Positions 49,058 to 61,744 of a stretch of 64,000 nt of DNA are shown piece after piece (the stretch's first letter is position 1; every line of letters starts with the position of its first letter). The notes beneath the pieces were generated by a model that was not told where the DNA came from, searched no databases, and saw only the letters and a program-made list of their open reading frames with translations. A program made the position numbers and the translations under genes. The DNA comes from Marsupella aquatica. Taxonomy: Eukaryota > Plantae > Marchantiophyta. The stretch spans positions 1,674,860 to 1,738,859 of the forward strand of contig OZ316893.1 of the NCBI GenBank assembly GCA_973895155.1, read 5' to 3'.

Positions 49058-52000
49058 CTTATAGGCTATGACAACAATAGCAAGGCATATCGCTGCTTCG
49101 ATCCAGAATCACGTAAAATCCTCATCTCTCGGGATGTGGTCTTTGATGAGCCCACTCAGGGGGACTTCTCAACAACTCAAGTTCATCAACAAGAAAGCAT
49201 ACTCAACTTGTTCCCGTTTGATGACAACTCTGATAGCGAGCTAGCCATTGCAAATCAGGTCCCAGTTGTTGACTCAACTACTCCTGAAATGGACCAGCCA
49301 ACCTCAGACTTGAACATCGACAATTTGCCAATGTCCGAGCAGGCAGCTAAGATTCCTGACTCTTCATCAACCTTCACCAATACTCCGATGGCTGTTCCTG
49401 AACCACACCTCGAACCACACCAAGTCCAACGGGCGCGTCAACGGGCATCACAACAAGCTCTCCAATGAACACGGCCACCATCCAGTAGGATGACATCGCA
49501 CCCCTATTGGCTTTCTGATTTTACATCATACATCTCAGAAACCACCGAGCAACTCTTCCTGGCCCTACTTGCTGAATCTATCATTCAACAATATCTCAGT
49601 CAATGATGCTCTCTCTGACTCTCTGTGGGTCAGCGCTATAGTGCAACTCAAAATGGATGCACATTGCAAAATGGCACCTGGGAACTTGTCAATCTCCCTC
49701 CCGGAGAGAAAGAGCTCTCAGTCAGGTGGGTGCTTAGAGAAAAGCTTGATCAAGAAGGGAATGTCAAGTTCAAGGCCTGGGTAGTCGCAATGGGGAATGA
49801 ACAACGTGAGGGATTGGACTACGAAGAAACCTTTGTTCCCGTAGTCAAGTGGTCCACAATCAGGCTGACAGTAGCACTTGCAACGTCTCTTGGTTGGCCC
49901 TTATCACACATGGATGTAGTGACGGCATTTCTCAATGGCACGCTTAGAGAAACAATCTACATGATGCAGCCCCCAGGGTTTCTCACCCCAGGCCAAGAAA
50001 AGCTGGTCTGTAGACTCGGAAAATCCATTTATGGGCTCAAGCAAAGCCCTCGAGCATGGTATGAAGAAGTGGACTCCTTCCTTCGCTCAATTGGGTTCAC
50101 ACGTAGCTCCCTTGATCCCAATCTGTATACTATGCATAGGAACGGCAATCATAGTGCTCTTTGTTGATGATCTTCTACTCACTGGCAATGGAATAGATCT
50201 CATAACCGAATTGAAGGAGCAGCTGAAAGCAAAGTACGAAATGAAAGATCTGGGAGCAGCAAAGAGATATTTGGGTGTTGACTTTCTTGCCACAAAAACG
50301 GGGATACTACTGCATCAGAAGCTCTAGTACTTAGATCAACTCGTTTGTGACTATGGTATGGATAAATGTAAGCATGTGGCCACCCCTTTACCAGAAGGCC
50401 TTGAGCTCTCTACGGAGACCAACACTCAAGACATCGACTCACAGATTACTGCAGCCAACTAGTTGGGAAACTCATATATCTCACTAACATGTGTCTGGAC
50501 ATTTTGTTTTTAGTTGGATTAGTGAGCAGATTTATGAGTCAACCACAACAAGCTCACCTTGACGCTGTTCCTTATGTAAGTGGAACATCTGATATGGGAG
50601 TATACTACGCCAAGGATAGTCCACTCGACTTAAAAGGATTCACTAATTCTGATTGGGGAAATTCCTGCCCCGACACGAGAAGGTCAACTGGCGGATACAT
50701 ATTTAAGCTCTCTGAAGGTCCTGTCACCTGGAGTAGCAAAAGTCAACCAACGGTGTCCCGGTCCACCACAGAAGCAGAATACAAAGCACTCTCGGATGGT
50801 GCCCAAGAAGGAGACTATCTTAAACGGCTACTCAAAGAACTTCAAAGTAATGACTCCCCTCCAAGCAAAGTCCATTGCAAGAACAGCGACGTCACAACAG
50901 ACCTGGTGAACGCAACCCCGACCCTTCAAGACTTGCACTTAAATTGTGACAACATGAGCGTTGTTAAGCTTGCAAAAAATCCAGTGTTCCATGCCCGAAC
51001 AAAACATTTGGAAATACATCACCACTTTGTAAGAGAACGAGTCCTCAAAGGGGAACTCTATACATCACGTCAAATCTGAGGATAAAGTAACTAACATCTT
51101 GACAAAGTCACTGTCAAAGATAAAGTTTATCAGAAACCGAGATGTATTAGGAATGAGATCAGTAACCCAATTGCAGTCACGATGATTGACACCCATAGAG
51201 TAAACTCTCCTCACTAAGGCCACTAACGAAAAGGGAAAATGTGTTACATTGCTCTATTTAGCCTAGTCTGCATTACTAGCGCGCTCTAGCTTGCCCCTTT
51301 GCTAGATATAATTTTGCCTCGCTACGAGTCTTAAACGACTTAAACCGGTCTATCTTGGACCTGAGTGTATTCACAGAGGAATCTGCAGATGTAAAATCTC
51401 TCTCATTACTAAAAAAAGATCATGTGCAAGTGCTGTGGCCTGGCAAGCTTGGTCGCTTTGTGCCAAAAGTTTGAGGACTACAAATTGTAAAGCTTGCTCC
51501 TTCATCATCACTATTGTTGCTCTCCTCAAATTCAGCCATGATTATTCTCATCAGGCAGGAAATTTGTGTACATAATTATATGGCCTCACAAGAATTTGAA
51601 TGCAAGCTTGTGAACGAACTGTCAATTTCTTATTGAGAAACCCTTTGCAAATTGGTAATCTCATTAATAGATCCTCAATCTCTACAGTTTCTACGAACTG
51701 CAGGAATTATCAATAGCAGCATTTCAATTCATGTGGAAATGAATGGATTCAAACTTGGCAAGCCTTGCGCTCCCCCATCGCCTAGCCCACCATGCTCCGA
51801 AGCCCCTCCCCAGCCTTTGCCGATCTTTGCCTTCCAAATCAGCCAGCCCAGTACCTACAGTCAACAAAATTGACCTCCGCATGCAGCCTTTCCCATCGAC
51901 CTCTGCAGTCCTTCCCAAGACGATTGACCCTCCGTCCTCCCATGACCATCGTTGCCTGTTTGTAAGACCTCCTAGAACCTGCTTGGAGCTTGCTCGTTGC

Positions 52001-54060
52001 AAAACTCCATTAAGCCCAAATTAAAGCGTCTTTTACACCCTAATGGGGTATTAGCAATTGATGTTTTATGTGGCTAGCGCACAAGCTAATGTCACCAAAC
52101 CCTAATGCCTGTTTATGCCTTATGGGTGACCTTGCAGACAACATTAATTATTAGACTTATGGGGCCATAGTAGACCTATTTGCAAAGGTCTTGGTTGGTT
52201 AGTGCACTTTCACAACAAAATAGAAACTATCCTCAAACTTGCTTAACACGGGACATGACTGGTGACTCACTCTTGACAAAAAGTGGCAATACATGACAAA
52301 AAGGTAGCATGGAAGGACAAATTTCACTTGCATGACGAGATTTTGGGCAACCAAATGCATTTTCTGAAATTTTTCAAAAGAAGCACCACACATATTTAAA
52401 GTCATGGTTTACATATAGGTCTGTTGTATTCCTTTTATTCCATGTGAGACCAGGGCCATTGTATTTTGTAATTCCATGTCAGATTAAATTTGGACCACAG
52501 CCATTGTAGTCTTTCTATTCCAAGGTGCACCACTTGTATAATTTAGACTTTAGATTACTTTGGCACCCCTCTAACTGTTTATTTTATTCATATGCGAGAG
52601 CTCTCATTCCCCAGTACATTCAGTTTTCAATATAGTGCATTCATCCCCTTTAACAGATTTTATGGAATTTCTACCAATTCTAGTGAATGAGAGAGAGAAA
52701 ATGAAGCATGTTCCAGGATGAACATGCTATATGGTGGGCTCTTAGTGACTGCACATCAATAACCAGCAGCCTAGGATGTAGCCATCTATGTGGAAGGGAC
52801 AACAATCACTAATGTAAAAGAAACGATCGGGTTTATGGTGGCATGGAAAACCAGTCCAATGTGTGGGAGCATGCCACATGGCACACACTATATATATATC
52901 ACACCACCAAAGCACAAAAAGTCAAGCAAACAATTACAAACCCCGAAATGACCCAAAGGCAGGAGACCCAATAAAGGCAGAAACCCCAGGATAGCTACTG
53001 TAGGGAATTAACTAATTAAGTCATCTACTCCAGGCTTCCACATAACGGGAATCAGTGCTTGACATGGTGTTTGTTGTGGACTTCCTTTCTCCTCGGAAAT
53101 AGATCCTGTGGTGTAAGGTGAATCCAGAATTTTAGAAACTTGGAAGAAGGTGCTGGATTTTCTGGATGAGTAGAAATGCACAATTAGGGGCATTTTGCAA
53201 AACAGGGAGTTAGCAACGTTGGAGAGGTTTGTTGATCCATTAAATGTTGTTCCATAATGTTGTCCGTCCATTATAAACATGCAACAACATTCTTCTTCAA
53301 ACTAGAGGAGGCACTTTAGGGCTTGAAAATCTAAATCTTATCCCAATCCTACATGGAATTATGTGGGACCCAAATGTATGTTAGGTATTTACTCTGATGT
53401 CAGGAGTTACTGCTGTAGCTGCAGTTTGAGCTAAACTTAGTCACTGCATCCTGCAGATCCCAGCAATATTTTCTTGTGGAGAAGGAACTGTCATTGTTAC
53501 CAAAGTTTCCTATTTTTTTACCATCTGCAAAAGAAGCAAACTTAAATCTTGGGTAAGAAATTGTCAAAAAAGTGTTTATCAAAACAATTGGTCAACTTGA
53601 TCCACAACCCCTCAAAAAAGTTGGAAATTGATGTTCATCACTCAGTGACAGCGTGGCATTGTGCTCCTGCTCCAACCGTGAAGGTGTATACTGTAATTAA
53701 TTTGCAATCAAAGTCTCTCATTCATGACCTACAAAATGTCAATTTTAAATTTGTGTGACTAACATCAACTCACAAGTGGACCCTGAAATTGGGCGCGCTC
53801 TCAGATTAGTGTGAGTAACACTAGTTATGGTGAACAGTGTAGGTACCTTCGTCTAATAAGTTAACACATTCTAAGGGAAGTGTAAAAGCATTATGCTTCT
53901 ACAAAACAAATGACTTGAGGAAAGTTCCCAAATACAGATTTTTAAGGCACTTAAGATTGAATGTTATGTCCAGAAGGTCATGTCCAAAAAGTCCCAACTT
54001 TTTTCACTAGGTAGGTTGAACTTTATTAATCACATCAAACAATTTTCAGTTCAGACAAAA

Positions 54061-54150
54061 TTCATTTAAACATCAAATAACATTTTGGGGTATGTCAAAA
54101 ATTGACATTTTGTAAGTTTTTTCATTTAAACATCAAATAACATGTTGGGG
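54061..54150. repeat. Short direct repeat, 60-bp period
   Basis: TTCATTTAAACATCAAATAACAT(T/G)TTGGGGT at 54061 and 54121. Confidence 0.8.
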
Positions 54151-55441
54151 TTTTGTGGCACTACATACTTGGGGTGCCACAAACCGCCCCCAACTGTGAC
54201 TATAATGGAAATGCTGTATTTTTTGGATTACTATGAAATTACAATATTTTTAGTATGTTGGACTGCCATCCAAGGAGCCTAATCAAGTACTCAATCCATC
54301 TTTGTACACAAGATGCTAGAGAGGGCCAGTGAAGTCCTTTCCTGTCTAATGTATGGTAACAGAAGCTATGCTTGTGAGTACAGACCACGTGAGGATTCCT
54401 ATGCATTCGTGTGGGTATTTAGGCTAATGAGTTATAACTACATATGACAATATTCCCTTTTCAGTGCCTGTCATTCCGACATTTTCTTAGAATAATGAAA
54501 TACACCTACTCAATTCAGCGACAATCGTCGTTGCACTGACTGCAGAGACTTAGATTTGATTTGCGCCATTCTGGCTATGTCTAATTCCATGCAGCTTTCA
54601 CTGTAAAGCTCACAAGGTTGTCTCTGTGTTACAAGGATTTGATTTCAGGAATCGACATTGATCAACTTAGAGTTCATTCTTCGCTAATTTCAGAAAGTCA
54701 CGTTTTCACAGGGATTTCGACGAACGACTTTTTCTATGTTCATTTTGACACTACCCTCTGAGCGACTTATATTCTCACGTCCTTAATTGATAGCAAGACA
54801 AAAACCACCAAAAGATTACAGGCCAAGTTCCAAGGAACCATCACAATTAACGAGTGGTTTCCAGCATTGATTGGAAGACATGATCCTTTCAGCCCCTTTC
54901 AGAGGATCGGTGGCATCATCACAAGCTTAAGCTGAGCATTGAGCCTTGAGCACTAGACCTCCAAAATATGAGGGCTTCGCTGCCCTCTATTATCTACATG
55001 CGAAGAGATTTGAGATCAAGGATAGCCAGGGTGGGGCTGACAAACTTACAAGCAGAAATTCCTCCCAATTTAGCTGAAGGTGCTCAAAGACCACACAGCT
55101 CTCCTTCCATTCATTCAGGACACCTGCCATGACATCCATATAAGCTAATAGGGAGAGAGCAATTCAAGACCTGCTGCGTCTCAAGTCTCTTCATACACAT
55201 CGTATGGACAGCGTTATCCGCCTGAAGTTACGTCTTTCAATGAAACGTTGAGCAAGAGAGACTTAGACACCGAGAAGAAACCGAATGATACTCATGCAGC
55301 AAGCCCAGTAGCTTTCCGTGCTAGGTGGACAAACTCGTTGACCCGTTGTGAGGGACAGACGATGCAGGAGGGTACCACAAAAACGCATGAGTTTACGCCT
55401 GTAACCAGCCAAAGAACCAACATCCATCACACACTACGAAC

Positions 55442-58400
55442 TCAGCTTCGTGAGTGACCTGCTGTGAAACTACTGCCTGACCAAAAGGAGGATGATAGAT
55501 CACTGCTTGCGGCCGGGATTGCAAGCGGAGCACACTCATTTGCCACAGGTGAAGGTCCAAGGGGTGGGGAGTAGGGACCGCGTGGCTTCCTTGGAGTGCC
55601 TGGAGCACTGTTGGCCAGACCATGCCCTTTTAAACGGACGTGGCCAAAGTTGTTGCCGACAGTGTTGACATCCGAAAGAACTCTAGGTGCCTGGGAAGAG
55701 TACAAGATGGTTGAGGGGAGACGGAATGTTTCAGTATCTGGAGCCTGAGAGAATACCGAAAAGCCGGATGTGATGCTAGACAAGGGAGGACTGCGCACTG
55801 CATTGTCAATGCCGGGAAAGTTGGGTTGTGGGAATGATGAGAAGAAGCTCGGGGTGGCATCCAGCACAGACAGGCTCGCCAGTGGAGCTCCGTCACTCAC
55901 ACCAGAAGTGACTGACCCTATTTGCTGAGTAGCACAACGACTGATCTCTCCAAAGTGGTTTCCCCAGATGTCATACACCCGCTGATCTTCTTCAGGGCTT
56001 ACCCCTGCCATAAACCCAGGCAACCCATCACTCTTCCTGTCAAACATATCACCAAAGCTATTGATCCGCTCGTGAGTGTACTCGCCCTTGCCACCCCACC
56101 TGTCATCCCCATTGGAATCATCATGCAAAGACTTTGCTATCTTTGCTCCCGGAGCTCGGGCAGCAGGAGGTATTGTGGATACTGGGACCAAGGCAGGTGA
56201 AGAGCCCACTGGTTTGATCATTTCCTTCATATCATCCACGCTCGGAGGAAAACTCAGTTCGGATCTCCGATTACCCCTCCGAGGAAATGAAGCGGATGTT
56301 GTCAATGCAGGACCACACTGAGAGATCCAAGGCATTCCGTCCCAACTTCTGTCCTCAGTTATGTCACCATCTTTATTTGCTACTGGAGTGTTAAGCGCAG
56401 TCTTGCGTGCAATAGTCGCCCAGTCTTTGGGAGCACCTCGTTTTCCCATAGTGCTATCACTCATCTTCTCGGAAGGTCGATTCCCCGTTCCAGATACAGT
56501 TGACCAGCTGAGATCAGTGGCTTTTGCTTGCGCCATCTCTCGTAGAGCAGTACTTGCAACATCAACACTCAAACTATCACTCCTCCTGTAAATTGGCTGA
56601 GCACCTGAAGTTTCTTGCCTCTTTCCAGTCCCAGACTTTGTAGAAGTATGTCGCTCAACCCTTACATCTAGCTTGGCAAGTGGTGAAGTTAAGTTGGGAG
56701 GGGGAGCACCTCCTACATCTTTGGAGCTGGCAAACGAATCAGGAGGAGAAACAGCATCCGGCTGCGGCTCGGAATGTAGCAAAGGACTTATTGGTCTAGA
56801 AGGGCTAGCAGGAGTTGCTGGAGAGGCTGGAGAGGAAGGAGACGAACTTCCACTCAAGCCCTTGGAAACAGACTCGTTGTGTTTCACCACTCCCATATTG
56901 CCCCTACGCTTCTTTCTCTTGACTTTGTCTTTCTCTGTCATGCCAGAGCCTGAGCTTGCCATCGATGGCTGTGACTTGGGCGAATTGGGCCGTGATTTAG
57001 GCGAAAGACCCTGCTTGAGCTGGTTAAACTGACTTCCTTTCCTAGGGGACCTCGGCATTGCTGGACCAGAAACCGAACCAGAGTCACTTGAAGGCGCTGA
57101 AGTTGGAAGAAGGGCAGTCTCTCCATCCACTTGTTTAGTGAAAACCAAGCTACTGTTACCTATATCTGACTTTGGAGACTTGGGCACCGATGATTGCTTC
57201 AACGGCGCTGGCAAGCTTTCCTCCAAAGGCTCAGGAGCAACCTTGGCTTGGCCTCCATCAAACTTAGCCTGACTTCGCTTCTCTGTCATTCCCTTCCGAA
57301 AATGAGTATTAGAGGGACTCGATGACTCCCGCATTGGACTTCCCAAAGTAGACTTTTGTCCACTTAAAGCCGACGAACTTGGTATCTTCACTCTCAGACC
57401 GGGTAAGCCTGCTGGGGGAGCCATATCTGCCTTGTTACTACCGTCCTCAGATCCAGGAGTTGCTCCCATGCTTGCTGTCAAGGTCTCTGCTACTCCCTTC
57501 AAAGCACGTACAATTCCTTTAATACTTTCCTTGGGTCTGCCGGGTCCACTTGCACCAGTCCCATCTCCTGTCCTGGACTGCACCTCTGGTTCACCAGAGC
57601 TACATTTCAAACGCCCGGACAACACGTTCGGAGGGAATAGAATTGGACCACTTTGCCGACCACCAATTTTGTGTTGAGGGGCACACTTGAGGCCGCTGGT
57701 TGACATCTGCTCCTGTGATGGTGCCAATTCTTGCACTAGCATGCGGCAGAAAACTGCCAGAACCACAACAAGAGCTACTATGGCCACCCAAAGGAAAGCT
57801 TTCTCCAACTTCGTGGATTGGGATATCTCTGAGCACAGAGGTAAGACGTGCTCTGGTAAGTTCGCCACCAGCGAAATCAGCACCGCGCCTGTCGATGTGA
57901 TGAATTGTAAATCCCTCTGAAGTACTCCAGCAGTCGTCAGGTCCGGCTGGAACGACACAAACAGCTCTGCACTTTGGCCAGGGTCGAGAGAGAAACCGTC
58001 CTGCGAATCCAATTGAAAACCAGACCCAGAGAAACCTCCCCCGACAAGTTCTACCGCTGAGATATCCAATGGTAAGTCTCCCGTGTTCTTAGCCCAAAAA
58101 CCTTTCGAAACGGGCTGTGAACATATTGTCTTGGCCAATTTTGCATCCAAAAGTCCTGCAACCTGATGCCCCACGCCGCCTGCGCAAAAGGTAATCCAAG
58201 GTAAGACATCGCTGGCCCGCACTAGGACCAGACCTTGATCGTGCATAAAGTCAAAGTGCGAAACACAATAATATCATAGAAAATAAGGTGGGCTTACAGT
58301 TTTTTTGTAGCCCTACCAGAATTCATGGGATTTTTTGTGACATTGAAGTCCAATTGCAGAAAATTTACGGGGGATTGTCCATCCAGAAAAGTCAGACTCC

Positions 58401-61348
58401 CAGAACCACCGGAGCCCTGCAAGGGTACCCATTCAACCTGCGTCAAATTATTCCAGAGAGAAAGAAGCCCTGTCCATTGGCATCGCTCTGGGGGACGAAA
58501 CACAACTGGACCAAGAGTCGCTTCGCCATGAGGTTCAACCAGAACTTCAACAACAGCTCCATGGGCAACAGAGAATACACTGCTTGGGTTTTGTAGTGAA
58601 CCACAAGCAAAGTTGCGAGCCGGAGAATCAGAACCATGCCCTTCCCCTTTGTCAGTATTTTGACGCGAAAGATAGCTGGCTTCTGCTTTTGAGCTCACTA
58701 CAACTTGCACGTAAAGCGGTTTGTCGCTTGGATTCGCTACATTCACCAAATGCAACTCTTCCGAACCAATCTGAACCACAGGGTAGAGTAGCTCAGCGTG
58801 TGCGAGGATGGAAAGTTCACCCACTGATACTGCCAAGTGACCTTGTGATAATTCGTGACAGCACACCCTATCACCTGTGACGGCTGACGGAAGAAGTTGT
58901 GGATTCGTTGTGCGAGCTGTTCTTTCAATATCCTGCACGTGCGCATAATGAAACCTTCAGAAACAATAAGAACTACAGCGTTGAAAGCCCAAGCTTACAA
59001 AAACACTACTGTGTTTCACAGACTTGCAAAGCTCTCCAAAAAGTTGAAATTGTGCTGATACTTCCAAAAAAAGTGAACTCAGGAGTAGAAAATGAGACAC
59101 GGCAATCTGGATTGAAGAGGCTCAGAGTAACCCCATGAGAATCAACAGTCGAGACTCTGTAAACAGAGCACAGGACAGAGGCGAGAGGAAACCAAGGGGA
59201 TTGAACCGTGCAACTCTCAAACCGGTAAAAGATATGCATTCCAAAAGGTGCAACGTAGACAAAAATTTAGATTTACTCGAAAGAACCTTTGCTTTCAGAT
59301 CCTCGCACAGAGCCGTAGAAGCCGGGAACCTAGACAAGTGACATTCTTGTATGGCCTTGGCCAGGGAATTCAGAAGAAATTCGACTTACCATGAAAAGAG
59401 GCATAGGTACACTGAGATCGTTCAGGAAGCGAACACGCTGTTCACTAACGGCGCCACCTTCTGGCCCGGAAATCCCTTCATCTTCCTTGGTATCACTTCT
59501 CTGAGGTACAAAGCCAACAGACCCCTGAGCAAGATCACAATCAACAGAACCATGAAAAACCAGAGCTCGATAAGGAACCTCCACTAGTGGACTTACTGAG
59601 CTGTTGGTTCTCACTATGAGCTTCCGATCTGTTAGAAGCTCTCTCGGGTGGCACTCAACACGATCTGATGGGACTGTTTCTTCTATGCCCATGTAGGTCA
59701 CTACGGCAACATCCGTCTCACATTTGGGAGCCAGCACAAGTCCTTTCATGTATTCTATGTAAACTACGTTCTCATCCTCCAATAGTAGAGAAATGTCTTC
59801 CACTTGAACAGCTTCGGTACCGGGGTTGTATAAAACGACATTGGCTTTGCTCGTTTGGTCCTCCTTTGTTAAGACACCAAACTCAAGCACGTCAACAATT
59901 GGCTCAACAGGTGAGACATCCCGCTTAGCGTCGCCAACCTGGACATCTATTGGCAGAATAAGCACATCGTCGGATTCCTGAGTTCCCCGCAACAACTTAA
60001 TGTGTAATAACCCAGAATACTTGTCAGCTGTGCGAGCCGAAAACTCTAACTCTGCAATTGGAATACTAGAATGAGGTTCAATTTCCAGTTGCCCAGGCTG
60101 CTGTCTCATTTGTATCACGGCCGACCCACCATCAATACCCTTCGGATTCTTTGGCTCAGTAAGACCAGTCTGAACGTCAACACAACGGGAGGTGCCCCTA
60201 GGGAAGGCAATGTCTCTCTCACATTCACCACTTTTGAGAGAATTAGAGTCAAATAGAGAGGACTGTACCAATTTGCTAGGCCAGGCATATACTTCACTCA
60301 CCGTGATTACCTCATCATGAGGATTATGCAAGGTGATCGTATGTTGAAGAGTTTCTCCGGAGGTCACTCTAAAACCCTGCAGCGGCTGTACTTTATATGA
60401 GGAACCAATTCCCCTACCTTGTGCCTGAACCAAAAATCCGCCAGCACTAGTTTGCACAACGAGAAAGGCGTCAGCTACCCCGACGGCTCTTGGCAGAAAG
60501 ACAATCGGTATGGAAAGCTCATCACCCGGGTCCACAACTTTTTCTTCGAAAGATGAAGCGTAGAATTGAACGTCGGTGCTGAATGGCTGGAATACTGTCA
60601 GTCGAGTACTGTTGCAAGTGTTCACCACAGTCAAAGATACAATCCTGGGGGCGTAAACAGGTTGACAGCCCCATTCCAGAAATGGTGGAATAATGGCTAC
60701 CTGGGGAGCTAACGACATAGGGCCCTGGAAAGTAGGAGAGCCCGCGTTAGTAATGAATGGGGGAGTCTCATCCTGCTTCACATCCAAATTGGTCAGAGGA
60801 GAGCATTTTACTCTCAAGCAGTCTCTGAGAAGACTCCCAACATGTAATCTTTCTAAATTCCGAGAAGGCTTCGCCGGTTCTAGCCCAGCATTTTCTTCTT
60901 CTGGTTTTTCTAGAGAGTTGAACTCTACCGATGGCAATGGATTGACACTTAATCCATCTGAATTTTCACTTTCAGGCCGAGAAGAAAAAACCGACCCTTC
61001 AAATTCAGGCTCCTCGACTACCTTGCCAGAGAAACCCTCGCCAGCACTTCTGGGTGGTGGTTCACCATGTTTGTAGCGCCTCCCACTTATCCCATGTACC
61101 TGGGAAAGATCATCGGTACCCTTATGACCTCTATGCCAATCTTCGGCATACCCTGTTCGCCCATCTACCCCTGACAATTCACTTGAGCCCTTCACCTGGC
61201 CAGGCATCCCCAGAAATAACAGAAGGAGAGACCATGAAACGACTAGCAGCATCAGTTGACTTCCCCGAGGAGCCCGCCAGAAGCTCCATGACCGATCACT
61301 GCACCATACCAGCCACCGATAAAAACATAAGCCTCTTGAAAGAAACAT
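55442..61348 (-). CDS. TMEM131-like membrane protein (~1750-1800 aa, at least 3 coding exons)
   Basis: Exon ~61348-59390 (ATG|GTAAGT): hydrophobic N-terminal segment, then PPFLEWG..P..LTVVNTCN..L.VFQPFSTDVQFY and VQTSAGGFLVQAQG. Exon 58932-~58300: VANPSDKPLYVQ, LGPVVFRP..RCQW..L.LWNNLT.VEWVPLQGSGGS. Exon ~58200-55442: AKNTGDLPLDI, TM helix FLWVAIVALVVVLAVFC, Ser/Pro-rich tail with RKKRR, ARAPG and YDIWGNHF. The exon 2/3 junction and the true start are uncertain. Confidence 0.88.
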
Positions 61349-61685
61349 AGACACAGAGCATCAAAATCACAAACCAAAAGACGACGACATCATTCAGCCT
61401 TTCAAAAGAGTAACTCCTAATCTGTGAGGACCAAAGCAGTGTTCGGAATGAAGGAGGGAGTTTTCTATCCTAGCTGATTTAAAGCATTCGAGTGCCATAA
61501 GAGAGAATTCTGCAAAATCGGTATCATCATCTTCTACGCCACGCAAACAAAGTCTCCCTTCAAACGGGCACTCTTCTCTGGCAAGACAGTGCCGAATCAC
61601 CATCATCGCGTCGTGACATGAATTGAATTATGGTGACTAGTAGACTTTATTGTCGATCATCTAACCTCGATAAACCCGTATGTGA

Positions 61686-61688
<3 letters not shown>

Positions 61689-61741
<53 letters not shown>
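61689..61741. repeat. (TC)n/(GA)n microsatellite upstream of the TMEM131-like CDS
   Basis: About 26 perfect TC units. Confidence 0.95.

Positions 61742-61744
<3 letters not shown>

Larger units (their letters stand above)
40857..51185 (+). mobile_element. Old, degenerate Ty1/copia retrotransposon (outer element); 3' LTR missing
   Basis: 5' LTR and PBS, then gag (ATG 41226, KLIGAHNYIVW), protease WILDSRASAH, partly deleted integrase (QNGVAERKNRTL), RT (HMDVVTAFLNG, SIYGLKQSPRAW, LFVDDLL) and RNase H (CDNMSVVKLAKNPVFHARTKH). Many stops and frameshifts. Interrupted at 43029-49057. Confidence 0.93.

Noticed and set aside
51225-51260. AAAAGGGAAAATGTGTTAC as PPT plus 3' LTR of the outer copia
   Set aside because: The following sequence does not match the 5' LTR at 40857-41164.
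55600-61100. Numerous plus-strand and alternate-frame ORFs overlapping TMEM131-like (likewise over VPY, MYND and gag-pol)
   Set aside because: Shadow ORFs of real coding sequence with no motifs of their own.
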